DNA of 64,000 nucleotides from Felis catus (lineage: Eukaryota): the NCBI RefSeq assembly GCF_018350175.1, contig NC_058382.1:57476001-57540000 (forward strand), written 5' to 3'. A program made the position numbers and the translations under genes. This document shows, in pieces, positions 62,078 through 64,000 of this stretch; the stretch's first letter is position 1, and each line of letters begins with the position of its first letter. Under the pieces are notes generated by a model. The model was not told where the DNA came from. It did not search any database and worked only from the letters and a program-made list of their open reading frames with translations.

Positions 62078-64000
62078 AGGTGCTCAATCACCCAGTGCCA
62101 GACGCGCAGCTCAGTGCTGACGGGTTTCTATGTTCCTGGAGCCCGCGTTCCCCGCTGTTCCCCGCAAGCTCCCCTGGTTGAAGCCAGGTCGGGCCCTCCC
62201 TGGACTCACCTGCTGCCTCTTATCCCGGCCTTCGTACCCACTGTTTCCTCTGCCTTTCATGCCCTTTCCTCCTTCACCTGCCTACTGATCCCCCACGTAC
62301 CCCTGTGAAAAGCTCAGATGTCAGTCTCCGATCGCTCTGTGTCAAAAGTGGGTAAGCTTTATCCCAGGGGGGCCGGAAAACTTCAGTATTTGAAAAAAAA
62401 ACAAAAAAAAAGTAGTTCATGAAATTTATCACGCCAACAGAGTAAAAAAAGAAAACACTGACCGTGGCAGTGAACCTGTGTTGTGGACTGAGTACAGCAC
62501 CCCAGGCACCCTGCTAAGCCCTCTGCAATGACTCACTAAATTCTCCCTGTGACCCAGATGCTCCCTGTAGGCTCGGTTGTAAACCCCGGTTCACAGAGGA
62601 GAAAAGCAAGGCACAGAGGGTCTCAGTAACTTGCCCGAGGTCACACAGCTGGTAAATGGTAGACGGGAGAGCTGAACTCCCGACGACACCGGGTGTCGTT
62701 ACTACCTGCCGTGCCGAAGGAATGATTGGAGGGACCGGCATACACGAAGTGACACAGGATCCGGAGAGAGGACAGCCCTCCGGGTGAGTCCCCGCAGTGG
62801 AGGACAGCGAGGCTCGGGCAGGCAGTGCAAGGGTTCTGGCTGGAGGCTGCAGTGCAGGACATGCATCTCTGTGAAGTCTGTGAAGCCGACTCCCAGGGAC
62901 CCGGTGTCCCGGCCTCCCTTGGGTCCCCGGGGCACGGGGCCTCCTCCGCCCACCCCTTATCTTCTCCGTGTCGCAACTGTGTGTTCACGGGGGACCCGCG
63001 CTGGGTTTCACTCAGACCTTTTTGGCCAGGACTTATTTGCCCTGCCTAGAAACAATCCACTTTTCTGGAACAAAAAAGAGGGACAGGATTCGAGACCCCA
63101 GGAGCCCTGGTGGGAACAAAGCCAGAACCCACTCCGGGAGGCAGTGACGCAAGAAGCCAGTCCCTGGCAGGTCAGAGCAGACCAGCTGCTCAGCTGACCA
63201 GGTACTGACCAGACACTTCAGTATTTGAAAAAAAATACTTTCTCCCAAGTGGGGGCAGGCCTGGGCCTGGAGTCTGACCTTCCGGAGGACCACGGGGGTC
63301 CAGCATCCAGGATTGGGGGGGGGGGACAGGCAGCTTGTAGAGGAATGTAGAGGTGATGTCGAACAGGGTGATGGGGGTTCCGAGGGGATTTGTCTGAGAG
63401 TGCTGCCTGACGCTCTGTTCCTAGAATCCTTCAGGCACCACTTCTGGGCTCAGTGGAGAGTGTGCTGTAATCGATTAGCAATGTCTGCCACGGATATAGG
63501 ATGAGAAGTATGGGCAGGACGGTTACGTGTTTACCATCCCAGTTAGTGGGGCGTGGGAGAAGGGAGCTGATAACTAGTAACACTAGCGGCTACCATCTAC
63601 TGAGCTCTTGGAACGTGCCAGAAACCACAAAAAGTGCTTTTCCTGCCCTATTTCATTTCATTCTCAAACCAGCTCCGGGAGATAAGGGCGGCCCCTCCTT
63701 TAGAAGGTCCGTTCCACGAGGGCCATGATTTTATCTCCCTGTGTTGCTTACTGCTGTATCCCCAGCCCCTCGAAGAGTACCTGGCAGGGCCTCCGCGAAG
63801 CATCTGCTGTTGACTAGATTAACTCTCATTTTGCAGATGACGACACTGAGGCCCAGAGGGGTAAGCGACTTGCTCCCCGGCCTGCAGCTAGCAGGAAGCA
63901 CCGCTGTGGGACAGCGTCTCTTGTACAACTTTGTGATGATGGCATCGTCCTGTAACCTCTGCCGTCCAGGGCAACAGTCCCTAGCGCGTGTGGCTGTGAA

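Noticed and set aside
1..64000. A previously undescribed multi-gene biological system
   Set aside because: The window is explained by one known gene plus common repeats. I found no additional coding exons, structured RNA gene, intact viral ORF or foreign-composition insert.

Overview
This is mammalian, not prokaryotic, DNA. The dense tRNA-derived Can-SINEs of the feline SINEC_Fc type indicate a cat or other felid. The region is GC-rich and CpG-rich. It holds one complete protein-coding gene on the minus strand, COTL1 (coactosin-like F-actin binding protein 1, 142 aa, ADF-H domain). The four coding exons are 45768-45692, 45429-45347, 24440-24283 and 10152-10042; all introns are GT-AG and the phases sum to 429 nt. 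The gene has a CpG-island promoter at ~45.6-46.1 kb and a ~1 kb 3' UTR ending near an AATAAA at 9038-9033. The rest is intron or intergenic sequence filled with ~30 Can-SINEs, a 5'-truncated carnivore L1, old L1M fragments, MaLR/ERV LTRs, DNA transposon fossils and simple repeats. Nearly all ORFs in the supplied track are spurious. I found no evidence for a new biological system. The more interesting observations are small-scale: inverted SINEs flanking exon 3, a SINE whose head carries a third copy of its own target site, a G-rich minisatellite grown inside an LTR, strongly AT-to-GC-shifted old L1 fragments, an intronic (GGC)11-G24 tract, a perfect C/EBP palindrome in the promoter and an apparent G21C substitution. 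Repeat family names and boundaries come from recalled consensus motifs, not a RepeatMasker run, and are approximate.
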